A stretch of DNA of 64,000 nt from Eukaryota sp. GEM-RC1. Taxonomy: Eukaryota. Below the pieces are notes generated by a model. It searched no databases. It was not told the DNA's origin and saw only the letters and a program-made list of their open reading frames with translations. Shown in pieces: positions 12,024-23,982 of the stretch (its first letter is position 1; the number at the start of each line of letters is the position of its first letter). The translations under genes were made by a program, and so were the position numbers. The stretch spans positions 3,038,001 through 3,102,000 of the forward strand of contig JAUFOQ010000002.1 of assembly GCA_040285855.1 (NCBI GenBank). Direction: 5' to 3'.

Positions 12024-12809
12024 ATGATTGTCCTCCGTGTAGGGGGATCTCCTCATCAGGAGCAGGACTTTGAACTGTCTGATGATGTGGTTGCTAACAT
12101 ACCTTACCTTCAATGTCTGACTTCAGGCAACTTTACATCACGTGTTGATGAGCAGGGTCGCTTTCTACTAGAGGGCGACCCTGCATTGTTCTCCATCATA
12201 GTACGTGCAGTTTCTGCCCAGAAGATGGATTATCTTCTTATGAAGTTTAGGCCAACTGGTATTTTGGAGAATCTCTTCCGCTTGGCAGACTTTCTTTGTG
12301 TGTCTGTACTACCCACACCAGTTCCATCCCTGGATTCTATCATATCAACTATCAAAGGAGATCACAGCTATCGCCGACTGGGAGTTACCCAATTGTGTGC
12401 TTTAATCGCGCTTGATAAAGTCAAATGCGCTAATTTTAAAGTACTAACCAAGATCTTTAACACTGCAGAATATGTTCTCTCACATTCTACAACTTTTGGC
12501 GTCTGGGTACGGAGAAATTTATATCAGTTGGTTATATCCAAGTGTCGTCTCACAGTGCCAAGACGGAATCGTCTAGAAGTATGGATGAAAGTGTGTCCTG
12601 AAAGAGATCAATCTGATACAGAGGATTTGGACGATTCAGACTGCTACAATTATCATGGCCTCTTTGATAAAAGTGATGGTGAAGATGAATATCATGGAAG
12701 TCTTTTTGATGATGATTTCGGTTTCAGTGGTAGTTTTTATGAAGAAGCAAAAGACTACGCTGCTTGCAGTCTTGATGACTGTGGTTACTGTGGAAGGTGT
12801 TGGTACTAG
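12024..12809 (+). CDS. BTB/POZ (KCTD-like) domain protein with acidic, Cys-rich tail
   Basis: MIVLRVGG...F...IPYLQCLTSGNF...DEQGRFLLEGDPALFSII; C-terminal CSLDDCGYCGRCWY. Confidence 0.75.
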   Translation: MIVLRVGGSPHQEQDFELSDDVVANIPYLQCLTSGNFTSRVDEQGRFLLEGDPALFSIIVRAVSAQKMDYLLMKFRPTGILENLFRLADFLCVSVLPTPVPSLDSIISTIKGDHSYRRLGVTQLCALIALDKVKCANFKVLTKIFNTAEYVLSHSTTFGVWVRRNLYQLVISKCRLTVPRRNRLEVWMKVCPERDQSDTEDLDDSDCYNYHGLFDKSDGEDEYHGSLFDDDFGFSGSFYEEAKDYAACSLDDCGYCGRCWY

Positions 12810-12830
12810 GAACTTGCTTTTGTTTACTTC

Positions 12831-13271
12831 TTAATTGGCATAATCATAACTTGTAAATAAAGTCATAAACAAAAACTTCGATAATTTTTGAAGTTTTAGA
12901 TGTTGTACAGTACACTGTGATTTTCGTGTTTTTCGTGTTCTTATATTGTCACCTCGCTGTTTAAAAGTACCAGAGGCATGGCAAGTAAAATAACAGCGAC
13001 CACGTTCTTCAGTTCCACCTTCGATTCTAATTGCAAAACCATGGTCGGCAGCATAAGTCTGCCAAGACAAGAAACAATCATCGAATGTGTAAAAAAAGAA
13101 GCTGGTTTGGATTTGTTGGAAAGGGAGTAACATGTAGGATGTTGGGTACCATAAATGTCACACGTATAAGAAAAAAGAAAAATTCTATTGTCACAGATAT
13201 AAGAAAATGTGGGTTGTTTTGTCCCATTTTGTCACACCTATAAGAATTTGAAATTACATTTGTCACACTCC
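12831..13271 (-). mobile_element. MULE remnant: FAR1-like DNA-binding domain fragment with probable terminal sequence
   Basis: FYTFDDCFLSWQTYAADHGFAIRI...YFTCHASG...RKTRKSQC matches the FAR1/MULE N-terminal pattern; repeated TGTCAC motifs at 13190-13270. Confidence 0.65.
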
Positions 13272-13539
13272 TAGACCTAGCCGTAGCATGTACAGTAGAC
13301 ATTTGTTTTTTTAGAAATGAAATTCCTGGTTTTGGTTTCGAAACATACAGTAAACTAAGAATTTCCAGTAGGGCATAATCCTGCGGTTCCAGTTAGCACT
13401 GTCATACGACTCAACTCAAGTCATAACCGAATTTGATTTGACTTACTTAAATGACCCAAGCCAAATTCAAGTCGGTTTGGAATTTATCCACGTCAAATTA
13501 GGCAGTTCCAGTTCCAGTATATTACGGGAATTAATTTGC

Positions 13540-13800
13540 TGTTAAGTCGAACATTATATTCGGAGCTTTCAAAAATATTTGTTAGTTTCTTTTGAAATTT
13601 CTTCAGACAAAACTGAAGATTAGCCAAACATCTTCACGATATTTCAGACACGGATTCTGGGAAACATTGAGAACAAGCGCCAAAAGGTAATTTGATGAAT
13701 GGTTGCTTTAGGTCAAAGAAATATTTAGATGAATTGGGGTTAATAAGTGAAAATATCATTAGGAAATCGATAACAAATTCAAAAATGAAATTTTTTAGCC
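13540..13800 (-). mobile_element. Decayed fragment of CRE-like retroelement subfamily 2
   Basis: Reverse complement aligns with ~60010-60260. Confidence 0.7.
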
Positions 13801-14722
13801 CTCTAATAAAGCAGATTTGCAGAGAATTGACGATTTGATAAAACCAATACCACCAAAAAGAACAGAAGTAAACAAGTGACTTCTAAGCAACTTTGAATCA
13901 ACTTCTAACAATGACACGCAAAAATAATAATACACAAGTCATCAAAAGATCTACAAAAATAGTTTACTTTATTTTTTTTTAAAATTTTTTAAACTTACTG
14001 CCTTATGGGAATATGAAAGGTAAAAGATGGTTTATTCTATGTACTACAACACAGAATAAGATATCGTCATTAGATCTCAAACTGTTTTTGCTTTTTGAAC
14101 ACACATAACAGTGGTTTTTACACAATAAGTACATCATTATAACAACGTAGGCTACTGCAGAAGTTTTCAACTTATGAATCGATGCTATTGTATTGTATAA
14201 TCGTTTGTGGAAGAGACTATCATTTATACAAAACTACAGTAATACCCAATCCGATTTCAAAGGAAAGGGTTTACTCTTAGCTTTTCCTTAACATATATGC
14301 TCTAAGAAGCAAAACATAATCCTGCTGGCATCCTAAATTAACCATTAAAAAGTCATTTATTATCTTAGTAACACACGCCGACTACTCTTTAAAAAACCAT
14401 ATCCCCTAAATCTCTTTTGCCTACACAAGATGAATCGGCATTACAAAAAATTCTTAAAACTATATGTCCAAAGGTGACTGTATTACTAAACACACAGTGA
14501 AGTTACTTAAAAACTGGGAAATACCCAAATAAACTGATAAATACCTACTTTCATCAGTGACTTGTTTGAATCAGGAAAAAGCAATTGTCCTCTGCACTTG
14601 TCACTATTCAAATTAGGCAACTAAACACATCTACTGATGCCAATTCCTTCTGATGGTACCCCGGTCAGAGGGAGGGTCATAACTCAGTAACTTTAAGAAA
14701 GTTCTACTGACAATACTAATCT

Positions 14723-15445
14723 TCATAACAAAGAGAATCTATCGGGATATTTTACAAAACTAGGTACACTCCAAGGAAAACTAAGCCTAACTTTACCCCT
14801 AATTGAATGTAAACCTGACGAGTCAAGTTCTCTAGTGGTTATTCCTACAGAAAGGGCTGTAAACTGGGAGTGAAGAACAAGAAGTAGAACTAATCCATGG
14901 CCTGCTATCAAGCCAGAAAAGGGAATAGTGTAGTTATACCGAGGGAAATCTCTGTAAACAATGAAGAAGGAAAGAATGACAAAACAAGTAAAGAATGAAA
15001 ATATACAGTAGAGGAGAAAAACAAGATGATTTCGTATGGCAATATCTTTTTGAAAGAATGAACAGTAATGATCATACTGAAGGAAACAAGCATTGGATTT
15101 GAAAGAGTGGTGAGCTTTGGAGGGCAGAAGAATTGAACAACGATGACAGTAAGAAAAAGTTGTTAAATCTGATGGTAAGTCTGGTGATTGAGTGGAGCTG
15201 TTACATAGAGCAGCAGAACTAGCACTGGGATCATGTGGAAATTTGAGTTGTGGAATATGGCTTATAGACCCTGGCTCAGTGAAACAGGTAAACAGAGCAC
15301 ACACAAAAGAAAGAGTTGATGACATACAAATAATTATATATAAAATCCATAGATGTGGTACAGATCGGTGGAAAAACAAGAGAAATATGATGAAATCAAA
15401 ATGAAGTTGAAGAGATAGATATGTTCGACATAGTATACCAATCAT
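14723..15445 (-). CDS. DHHC-family palmitoyltransferase, DHYC variant; start uncertain
   Basis: TEPG...YCHRCSILLPSKAHHSFKSNACFLQYDHYCSFFQKDIAIRNHLVFLLY; TM segments; GITTRE (TTxE motif). Confidence 0.85.
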   Translation of the reverse strand: MIGILCRTYLSLQLHFDFIIFLLFFHRSVPHLWILYIIICMSSTLSFVCALFTCFTEPGSISHIPQLKFPHDPSASSAALCNSSTQSPDLPSDLTTFSYCHRCSILLPSKAHHSFKSNACFLQYDHYCSFFQKDIAIRNHLVFLLYCIFSFFTCFVILSFFIVYRDFPRYNYTIPFSGLIAGHGLVLLLVLHSQFTALSVGITTRELDSSGLHSIRGKVRLSFPWSVPSFVKYPDRFSLL

Positions 15446-15535
15446 CAAGCACTTACACTGACATACAGATACATAACAACAGTTTCTAGTTGCTTGAAGA
15501 AGAACAAAAACAGATTTCAGATTGTTGTTCGCAAA

Positions 15536-16659
15536 ATGTATCTCCATCTGCTGTGTTTAGCATTTGTCGCTCTCGCTCTTGCTGAGACGTCCTTGGATAA
15601 TGTGATCTTAGTTACACGACATGGGGATAGATCACCGCTCCGAACTTACCCTAATCAGTATGCTTCTTGGAACTGTTCTTTAAATCTCTTTTCCAGCCTG
15701 CATCTACAACATAACACTGTGCGATACCCTTATTTCCGTAAGAACTACATTGACGGAAAGCAATCATTACAAGGCTCTTGCTTTATGGGCCAACTTACCT
15801 CCAAGGGAGCTCTCCAACACTTCGAACTAGGAAAACGTGTTCGTGAGGACTACCACCACCTCCTTCCAAGAATTCCCGATCACACCACTTACTTCCGTTC
15901 CACTGATCTTCTTCGTACCCAGGAGAGTCTCATCAGCAACCTCCTCGCCACTTTCCCTGCACTTGCTTCTTCAGATATTATTCCCGATATTCACCTCTTA
16001 GAACGTACTGAGGAGACCATGCTGGCCAATTCCCCTGCTTGCCCTCGTCTTAGCTACATGCTCAATGAACTACATGAGACCCAAGAGTGGAAAGCAAGAG
16101 TTGACAAGTTGGAAACTCTCAGGAAGAAACTTGAAGCTGTTTTTGGAGTTTCAGTCACGTCAATTGATGATTGGAACAAAGGTTTCGATTACTTGTACGC
16201 GTTGGTTGAGAATAACCTCAGCCTACCTCCCACAATCACTTATCGTGATTACGAAGCTCTTTTGACCTAAAGTCGTGGCAGTTAGCTAGAATGTATGAAG
16301 ATGAATTCCTGTCATTATCTCTTGGCCAATGGTTCCATGAGCTGTTAAACTCGATTAAAGATCAATTTTCCGGTAAGTCTAATGTTCGCTATACAGTCCT
16401 AAGTGGCCATGATACGACTGTTGCTCCTTTGCTAATGTTGTTGCAAGTTGGTGATAAGGAGTGGCCACCGTATGCTGCTAACGTTGCCATTGAACTGTGG
16501 CGAATCAGTAACGAGCCGTTTGTTAGAATTGTTTATAATGGACAACCATCGAAGATGAAGTTTTGTTCTGCAATGTTTTGTCCTTTAGATGAATTCAGTA
16601 ATCGAGTTTCAAAGTTTTCTTTAAGTTCGGAGCAGTGGAAGGCGCAATGTAAACTGTAG
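15536..16659 (+). CDS. Histidine acid phosphatase (lysosomal/ACP-like) with signal peptide; frameshift at T-run 16260-16263
   Basis: MYLHLLCLAFVALALA signal; RHGDRSP, GQLT-G, RSTD-RTQES, SGHDTT, WPPYA. Confidence 0.93.
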
Positions 16660-17090
16660 GTTTGCTTTTTTGAATCTCTTAATATATGCCATTACTACCA
16701 TTTAGTGTTAACTCAAAAAGCGGATGTTTCTATCCATCCTACATGTACATAAAACAAAAAGCTATTTTTTACAAAGGTCTGATATGAAAGGTTCCTCGAG
16801 ACTCCACTGAGGATCATCTCCATATGGAACTGAGTGAACCCTACACTAAAATTAGAAAAGACAGTGACATACGAAGGAATTGTGTACAAAATAGCTCCCT
16901 CAAGCAATCCCCACCCATCCTCCCCAGCAAAACGACAAAAAGCACGCTTCATTCCTTATGCAAAGAAACAAAGCAGTGATGGTGTCGACATCTGTGAATT
17001 TCAGTTGATGTAATAAAAAATTTCGGATCAAATTAACAATAAAATAATTGTGTATAAATAATTCACAATAAATACAATATACTACTAGTA

Positions 17091-17461
17091 CACTCTTCAC
17101 AACAATTGGTCTGAATCACTTATTAGTCTGAATCAGAGTAATTATGAATATACATATTTAGTCTGAATCAATATCCCAAACACAAAAACTATGCTGATCA
17201 TCAAATCATGTTAAGTCTTGATTAAGACCGAAGAAATTGAGAAATAGGACTGGTGAGCGAATTGTCTTTCAAGCCAGTGCAAATACTGTATGACACTTGC
17301 TGTATACGCCAATTCAACCATAGTGTCTAGGAAAGAAAAGTACAGAAAGGTGCTATATAACACAATTTGACTGAAAAATATTGGACACTCCTAAAGTGAT
17401 CAAACAATAATTAGTCTGATTCAAACTAATAAGTGATTCAGACCAATTGTTATGAAGAGTG
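17091..17461. mobile_element. Tc1/mariner-type MITE
   Basis: TIR CACTCTTCACAACAATTGGTCTGAATCACTTATTAG / reverse complement; TA on both sides; same family as 38184-38749. Confidence 0.85.
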
Positions 17462-18285
17462 TAGTAAATTGTATTTATTGTGGGTCCCTGCAAACAACAA
17501 TAATAAGTCAATAAGCGTAAGTTTAGGATAGCTGAATGGAATAGTGCATTAGTATTGTTTATTCTAACAATAATTTTCGTCACTGAAATCATCCATTTGT
17601 TTGTTGTTGGGAAGACAACATTGTGGTCACAAGAACAATCGTGCTTTATGTGACAATTCCGGATGTAAAAAACGTTGGCAATGATAGAAAACATCGGCTT
17701 TTTCTAAATCGTTTTAATATGTTTTTACCAATTGGTAAACCTCAAAATCGTCTCTGCCACGTGTCAACGTGCGTGCTATGCGTATTAGAGGGTATTATAT
17801 GTTTGGGTTAGCTGATTTCAAGACTTCAAATACCGCATCTATTCTACAGTGATGCCCACAGTCTCAAAGCTTTCTCCACACTGATTTCGGAAACAGAACA
17901 GTGTGTAAGATTTCTCAAACGGCATCCGTCATTTTTTAGCAAAATGAGACATTTTTACAATATTCAAACTTAAATTGATAGCAAAAAATTGCGTGTTAGC
18001 GTTCAATATTTATCTCCAGTTTCTAGTATAATGTAAGACGTGTAATATCATATATTGTACTAGTAGTATACACGAACCAAATGTGAAGTATCACAACATT
18101 TCACGAAAAAAACAAATACAGATGGATTCCAGAGCTGGGAAATCTTGAAATATTTGCACAATACAAAGAAAAAATACAAAGAAATGCAAAATTTCCTTTA
18201 AACACGAAATCGTTGACACTGAATAGAATATTTATATATTCAATAATAAGATTTACACACAAAAAAGACCTCAAAAACTAATACA

Positions 18286-19566
18286 TCAAGACAAAACAAG
18301 TTCAACATTATAACCACTGCCTTTAACAGAACCTCTTTGACCATCAACAGAAACACTTCCGTGACGTCCATTATTATCATAGATAACTGCATGAGGTGTT
18401 CGAAAATGGTCAACTCCAATGTTAAACTCGACTTGTTCAAATCCATCAGCGTATTTCAATTGAATCCAATCTCCAAAGAGCCTCATCCATGTGGATGTTC
18501 CATTTTCGACACTATTTGGAACTACAGAATCTATAAGTCCAATGTTACTTTCAATGAGAGAGATATGCCAAGTACTTGAGGTAGAGGAAATGCTCAATGT
18601 CCATGCAGGAGAATCACCGAAACAGTGGAAATTGGGTTGGAACCGGTAGTCCGAGCTTGTAAGTTGCTTTCCATTAGTATAATGTTCACAGACGAAAAGA
18701 GAATCACTGTTGTAGAAACAAAACTTGAGGAGGAAACCATTGCTTAAACAATACTGTCTATTTCCTTGTACCCACATATCACAACTACCAGATTGGGCAG
18801 AATCTTTTCCAGTATACCTGACCCCGGAAGGTACTGTGCGACTGAAAATAACATTCGTGGAAAGATCAAAGGCAGGTCCTGAGGATAGTTCTTCACAGTT
18901 ATCGGATTTATCAATCACGTGGAGTGTATTGTCAGTGAAAAGTTGATGTATAGTGAGATCATCTCGGCGACGATAAAGCCGAGTATTTGCGATATCAAAG
19001 GCCAGTTCTATATTGGCACCATGAAGACGGCATGTCCATTGAGGATGTTGTTCCGGTTGTGAAGAAGGTGGTGTGGGAAAAGAATCGATAGCACTTACAA
19101 TAGAAAGGCCAATGACGACGAATATGGTTATACAAATGGCAATGACACATCCGGAACTTTGATTGCGTTTGCTTAGGTCAATACAATTATAAGTAACAAA
19201 CTGATTGCGTCGGGGCGCGGGGCAAACACTAGGCTGAGCAGCGGGAACTGATGGGAGTGTTGCAGGGGTTGGAGCTTTACGGAAAGAGTTCATATGTGCA
19301 GCAAACCGCTGGGGATGTTGATTGTGAGAAACCTGTGGGGGATGCTGGTTCAAAGACAATTGTGGTGGTTCATAATGATGAATAGGAGGAGGTTCATAAT
19401 GTTGGGCAGTGCCTGGATTGTGCGGAACGTGAATTTCGGTAATGTCAGGTTGAGATTGATATGGATTTGAGATGGGGAAAACAGGAGGAGGAGGAGCTGA
19501 TGGCTCGTACCCATATGAATCTGGATCTGGATACATACAGGTTTGGGTGTTCAGATCAGATTTCAT
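18286..19566 (-). CDS. Pro-rich single-pass membrane protein with Cys-containing ectodomain (paralog A)
   Basis: 426-aa ORF; YEPSAPPPP N-terminus, TM CVIAICITIFVVIGLSIVSAI, conserved Cys; high identity to 23983-25244. Confidence 0.85.
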   Translation of the reverse strand: MKSDLNTQTCMYPDPDSYGYEPSAPPPPVFPISNPYQSQPDITEIHVPHNPGTAQHYEPPPIHHYEPPQLSLNQHPPQVSHNQHPQRFAAHMNSFRKAPTPATLPSVPAAQPSVCPAPRRNQFVTYNCIDLSKRNQSSGCVIAICITIFVVIGLSIVSAIDSFPTPPSSQPEQHPQWTCRLHGANIELAFDIANTRLYRRRDDLTIHQLFTDNTLHVIDKSDNCEELSSGPAFDLSTNVIFSRTVPSGVRYTGKDSAQSGSCDMWVQGNRQYCLSNGFLLKFCFYNSDSLFVCEHYTNGKQLTSSDYRFQPNFHCFGDSPAWTLSISSTSSTWHISLIESNIGLIDSVVPNSVENGTSTWMRLFGDWIQLKYADGFEQVEFNIGVDHFRTPHAVIYDNNGRHGSVSVDGQRGSVKGSGYNVELVLS

Positions 19567-19795
19567 TTCAGATTTGGATCAGATTGGATTTGGATTGGAT
19601 ATCCGAAAATAGTATTTGAGCATAGACCAACTAGAATGGTACGACTACACGAAGTACTTTATAAATTTTTGAATCAACAAGATTCGAAGCGTTTCACCAA
19701 ATGAAGACACGTTACATCATGACGCGTTGCGATATGTGACATGGATGTGGGAAATTCAGATCAGATCGGATTAGATATCCGAACGCTCAGTACTA
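19550..19795. repeat. Probable hAT-MITE remnant with ATCCGA/TCGGAT sub-terminal repeats
   Basis: Repeated GATCAGAT(C/T)GGATT..GATATCCGAA at ~19577-19606 and ~19759-19782; right end reads TAGTACTGAGCG on the minus strand. Confidence 0.4.
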
Positions 19796-20450
19796 GAGTG
19801 TAGAGAGAAGATCGAAGGGGCTTCTTGGATCGAAGACCACGATCACGTCATCAAAGAAGGCAACTGCTACTGCATGGTTAGTAACTGTAAAAGAAGTTTT
19901 CAAGGTTGTAAAGTTCTGTGCAGTGCTGATGTTCCTGAGATGTTAGGATTAACGAGTTAGTAGTCTAGTTTGGATTGTTTTGGGACACACAAATAAAACG
20001 ATAGATCACGAAACAAGTGTTTGAAGCACACACTTTATTCATGAAACTCGAATGATGATCTTGTGGCCCAATTGTTCTAGTTCAAAATAGTCTAGGTGTA
20101 TTAACCAGGTTCTTATCTTTTGTTTTGGATCCAGTTGACACATCAATTTACGCCAAATTTAATTGTTTGAACAGAATCTGTGTGAGCATTTGCTTTTGCA
20201 AATTTGTGTAAGTTGCATTGGAAGACAAATTTGAAATATGATCTAGGAGTGACTATTCACAAGTCACTGAAATAAGTTAACCAATTGTTGTGCGGGTAAA
20301 ATTCATTTATACTCATTTCACAGATCGATATTTCACACATACTCAAATTGAAATCAAAAATTCAAAATATACTCAAACTACTGTATACTAAGTCAATTTG
20401 CACACGAAACTCTGCTTTTTTAATACCACCTATATTATCTATAAAAAAAC

Positions 20451-21412
20451 GAGAGATGTTTATTCGGCACCCAATAAGGTAACCTTCCTACAAACTATGA
20501 AATTGTAAAAACAAACAAATAATACTAAGATTAAATCCAAACGACTTCATCACCACCCGGTAAAAGATTACGTTTATCAACATTAACATTCACACCAAAC
20601 TTGTACAATTTCTCAATTAATCTAGAGAAATAGAAAGGCATATTCCGATATATGGAAAACACTATACGGTTTTTCCATTCAGCCATTCTAAACTTACGCT
20701 TCTTTTCTTTACACAATTCTTCGAAATCCTTGAAAAATTGATCACCAGTAGGACTAATAGATCCAAAAAGAGAAACAGCAAAAGGTTGAAACACAAATTT
20801 GGAATATGAGTTTCTATTTAATTCTTCTACTTGAGAGTCATACTTGGAGTGTTTGAGCTTTTCAGCTGCTGTTAATGGATTAAAAGAAGAATCTAATATC
20901 CTACTAACACAAGATTTGTTACATACATCTACTGTAGTAAAATCCATTAGTGATTGACTCGATTTAAGTCACGGAGTATGTAGATCCCCTCTTTTTGATC
21001 AGTAAATTCATTTTCTGAAAGATGATTCAAAACTGGTTCAACTTTAGAGTGAAAACCATGTGCTTTGAACATGGAATAACAAGAATCACGTACACCATCA
21101 TGAATTACTGCACGCAGATGAATAAAATAACGACAATTAATTAAATGACGAAAAACACCATTAGCTCCACAAGAGCACGTTGAATAGTTTAATAAATTTG
21201 CAGGCCAAATAGCCAAACGAAGACGCATATTGATCATCCAAGCTTCATCAGATAGATGTAATCCATACACCTTTGGAATTTGAGAAATAAATCCAGAAGG
21301 TCCACTATTACAAAGATCGATTAAAAAAGCAGCGAACTCGGAACTATTAGTTTTAGCCAAGCTAATACGATTATTAAAGTCCAAGAGTTCAAACTCCTTT
21401 GTCAATTTATTT
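20451..21412 (-). mobile_element. 5'-truncated CRE-like (RLE) non-LTR retroelement inserted just after the MULE stop codon
   Basis: Zinc knuckle CSCG..HLINC, IHDGVRD, VEPVL, KRGD, MDFTTVD, AEKLKHSKY, FQPFAVS-FG; candidate TSD ATAGAT(G/A)ATA. Confidence 0.85.
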
Positions 21413-21420
21413 ATCATCTA

Positions 21421-23594
21421 TTAATTGTTTGGGCATGACTTCATAGTATGACCTTTCTTCTTACCAGTGTTTGAAAATTTTCCAAACGGACGCCACCCGG
21501 GTGGTGGGTGGAACCGGGTGACGTCCGGGTGGTTTTCATTTCCACCCGGGTGGTCACCGGATGGCAATAAAGTACGAGACATAAGTTTTGGTTCAAAAAC
21601 TACTTTATACACCATATACGATGAAACTGAAAGTACTTTAGCAGTGTGTGATATAAAATAACTAACAATGAAGTACTTTGTTTAGGTTTGGGATTAGAAA
21701 AACCCTCTGAAAAATAAATAAATAAGATGAAATTAGCCTCTCCGAGCCTAGAAATAACTCCCGTTATAATAATTGTATTCAGGACACGTTGAACAACGAA
21801 GTATGTATTCAGGAAGTCATGGACTGAAGATGATGGTAAGACCAAAATTATCCCCCCAGTACCACCCAGACGCCACCCGGGTGGTGGGTGGCACTGGTGG
21901 CACCCGGGTGGTTTTCATTTCCACCCGGGTGGTTTTCAAACACTGCTTCTTACAAACACGACATCCATATCTTCCTCGACCTTTCTTGATCTCCGGCTCT
22001 CCGTAACTCGTGGTCCTTCTTGTTTTTGCTCTTCCTCTTCCACGCTTTTCCATTGGGGGTTCTGCAGGTTGTTCGAACTCCCTGCAATTCCAGACGTTTC
22101 TAGCTCTTATTGGTGGCAATAACGTACTATAGCATTTGAGCAAAGTAGATTGACGAAATTCTTCACCAATAAAATCTTCCAATGGTACTTTCAAAACAGT
22201 AGCAACAGCAACGGAGTGGATACATGGAACTTTGTTCTCCTGCCACTCTCCACAGGAACAACATCTACTGGACAAGTTAACGATATCCGCATTTGCCCCT
22301 TGTATTTCCAACTGTTGGTGATTTGCAGCAACAACCTGAAAAGCTGCTGTTTTAAGCAGTAATGTTGTTACATCATCTGCAACTTTTTTTACCACGTTGG
22401 GCATTTTCTTAGCTTTGTCCAGTCTTTCACTCATTTTGACCATAGTTTTCCTCCGTATTGCCTCCAATAAAATGATTACATTCTTACCTCTTTCCAATTT
22501 GATAGAGTTATTATACGACTCACTCAAATTGTTAGTAACATGACCATATCTCGTTTTTGGGAATTGTATACAGGACCAAAATCGTTCATCAATGTCAGAC
22601 AACCATTCAAAAGCACCAGCATTCCATTCTGCAATGGCATTCAATGCAGTATCAGTATCAAATTTATTTTGATTGTAACCACGACCTGCATAGTCAATCA
22701 AATGAGAGAACTTTTTTCCACCTTTAAATTTTGTCTCAAAGTTTGTTTTTCAAATGAAACTATGTGGTACATCTTCACCAAATACACTCATTGCTCCATT
22801 TATCAATTCTTTGTCCCGATCTGACATTAGTGGAAAGTCATCAGGCAAATCTTCCAAGGCAATACTGAGATGTTGAAAGAACCAGGTCCAATTATCTTCG
22901 TTCTCTGCACTCACAATAGCCCAGCAGATCGGAAGAATATGACCAAATCCATCTTGACAAACAGCAGTCAACAACACTCCCTTGTACTTACCATACAGAT
23001 GGCAGCCATCTATTGCGATTAGCTTCATGCAGTGTCTGTGGCACTCCACTTGTTCTTTAAAGCAAATAAACACCCTGGGAAATTTTCCTGCTTCGATTTC
23101 TAGACGGATAATAGGATCATTGTATGAGTGGCACAGCTCAAGAACGTATGAGTTCAGTTCAGAATAGGATTCTTCAAAAGTACCATACAAATCGGTCTTA
23201 ATGAGTTTCTGGGCTCTGTAAGCATTTTGGTAATTTACAGAAGCACCGTTAGAAGCTACAAAAGTTTTAATTGTAGACGCAGTTGTTTGTAAGTTCTGTT
23301 GGATGGCTGTTCTTACAGGAGTTATAGTGGCTATTTTGGATTCTGTTAAGGAAGAATGAGGTGTTCTCAACCCAGAGCAGCTGTGATTAAGAGTCATATT
23401 ATAAAGATACAGTCAGCTTTAAGAGCATAAGCGGAAAGTTTCCAAGAACACCCATCTTCTTGATATCGTACATTGTAGCGCTTAGGGGTGCTCTGTGTGG
23501 TTCTAAAGCTGCGCTTCTGAATTAAGTATTCTTCCTGTATAACTTCTTTTAAGAGAGCTTTGGATGAAAAGGTAGCTCCTTGTATGAGTGTCAT
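21421..23594 (-). pseudogene. MuDR-type transposase (DBD, DDE, SWIM, zinc knuckle), disrupted
   Basis: GATFSSKALLKEVI; IAIDGCHL...LLTAVCQDG...AENEDNWTWF...MSDRDK; TNNLSES; CSCGEWQENKVPCIH; CRVCKKKGHTMKSC restored after excising 21465-21945; small deletion at the H-x-F-C-x-x-H motif. Confidence 0.92.
21465..21945. mobile_element. hAT-type MITE with CCACCCGGGTGG palindromic sub-terminal repeats
   Basis: TIR CAGTGTTTGAAAA / TTTTCAAACACTG; perfect 8-bp TSD CTTCTTAC. Confidence 0.92.
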
Positions 23595-23982
23595 TATAGT
23601 GTAAAACCTGTAATGCATTTTTGATTTCAATTTGAGTACAGTATGTGTGAATTATTGATTTGGGAAATGAGTATATTTGACATTTATCCATTGTTGTACA
23701 TGTACGGCGTGTAATAACAAATATTGTAAGGTTTAAATATTTTAACAATAACAACACTACAGTGTACATACATTTTTAGAAACCAAAAGTGACACGACAT
23801 TTCACCAAAAACAAATACAGATAGATTCCAGAGCGGTGAAATCTTGAAATATTTGCACAATACAAAGTAAAATGCAAAGAAATCAAAAATTCCTTTAAAC
23901 ACGAAATCGTTGTCACTGAATAGAATATTAATATATTGAATAATAAGATTTACACACAAAAAATGTCAAAAACACTAATACA

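Larger units (their letters stand above)
20294..23689 (-). mobile_element. Full-length decayed Mutator (MULE) transposon with ~75-bp imperfect TIRs and 10-bp TSD
   Basis: TIRs GGGTAAAATTCATTTATACTCATTTC... / GGATAAATGTCAAATATACTCATTTC...; TSD ATTGTTGTGC (20284-20293) / ATTGTTGTAC (23690-23699). Confidence 0.88.

Noticed and set aside
21490..21935. CCACCCGGGTGG palindromic direct repeats as a possible guide array or LTR pair
   Set aside because: Fully explained as sub-terminal repeats of a hAT MITE with TIRs and a perfect 8-bp TSD.
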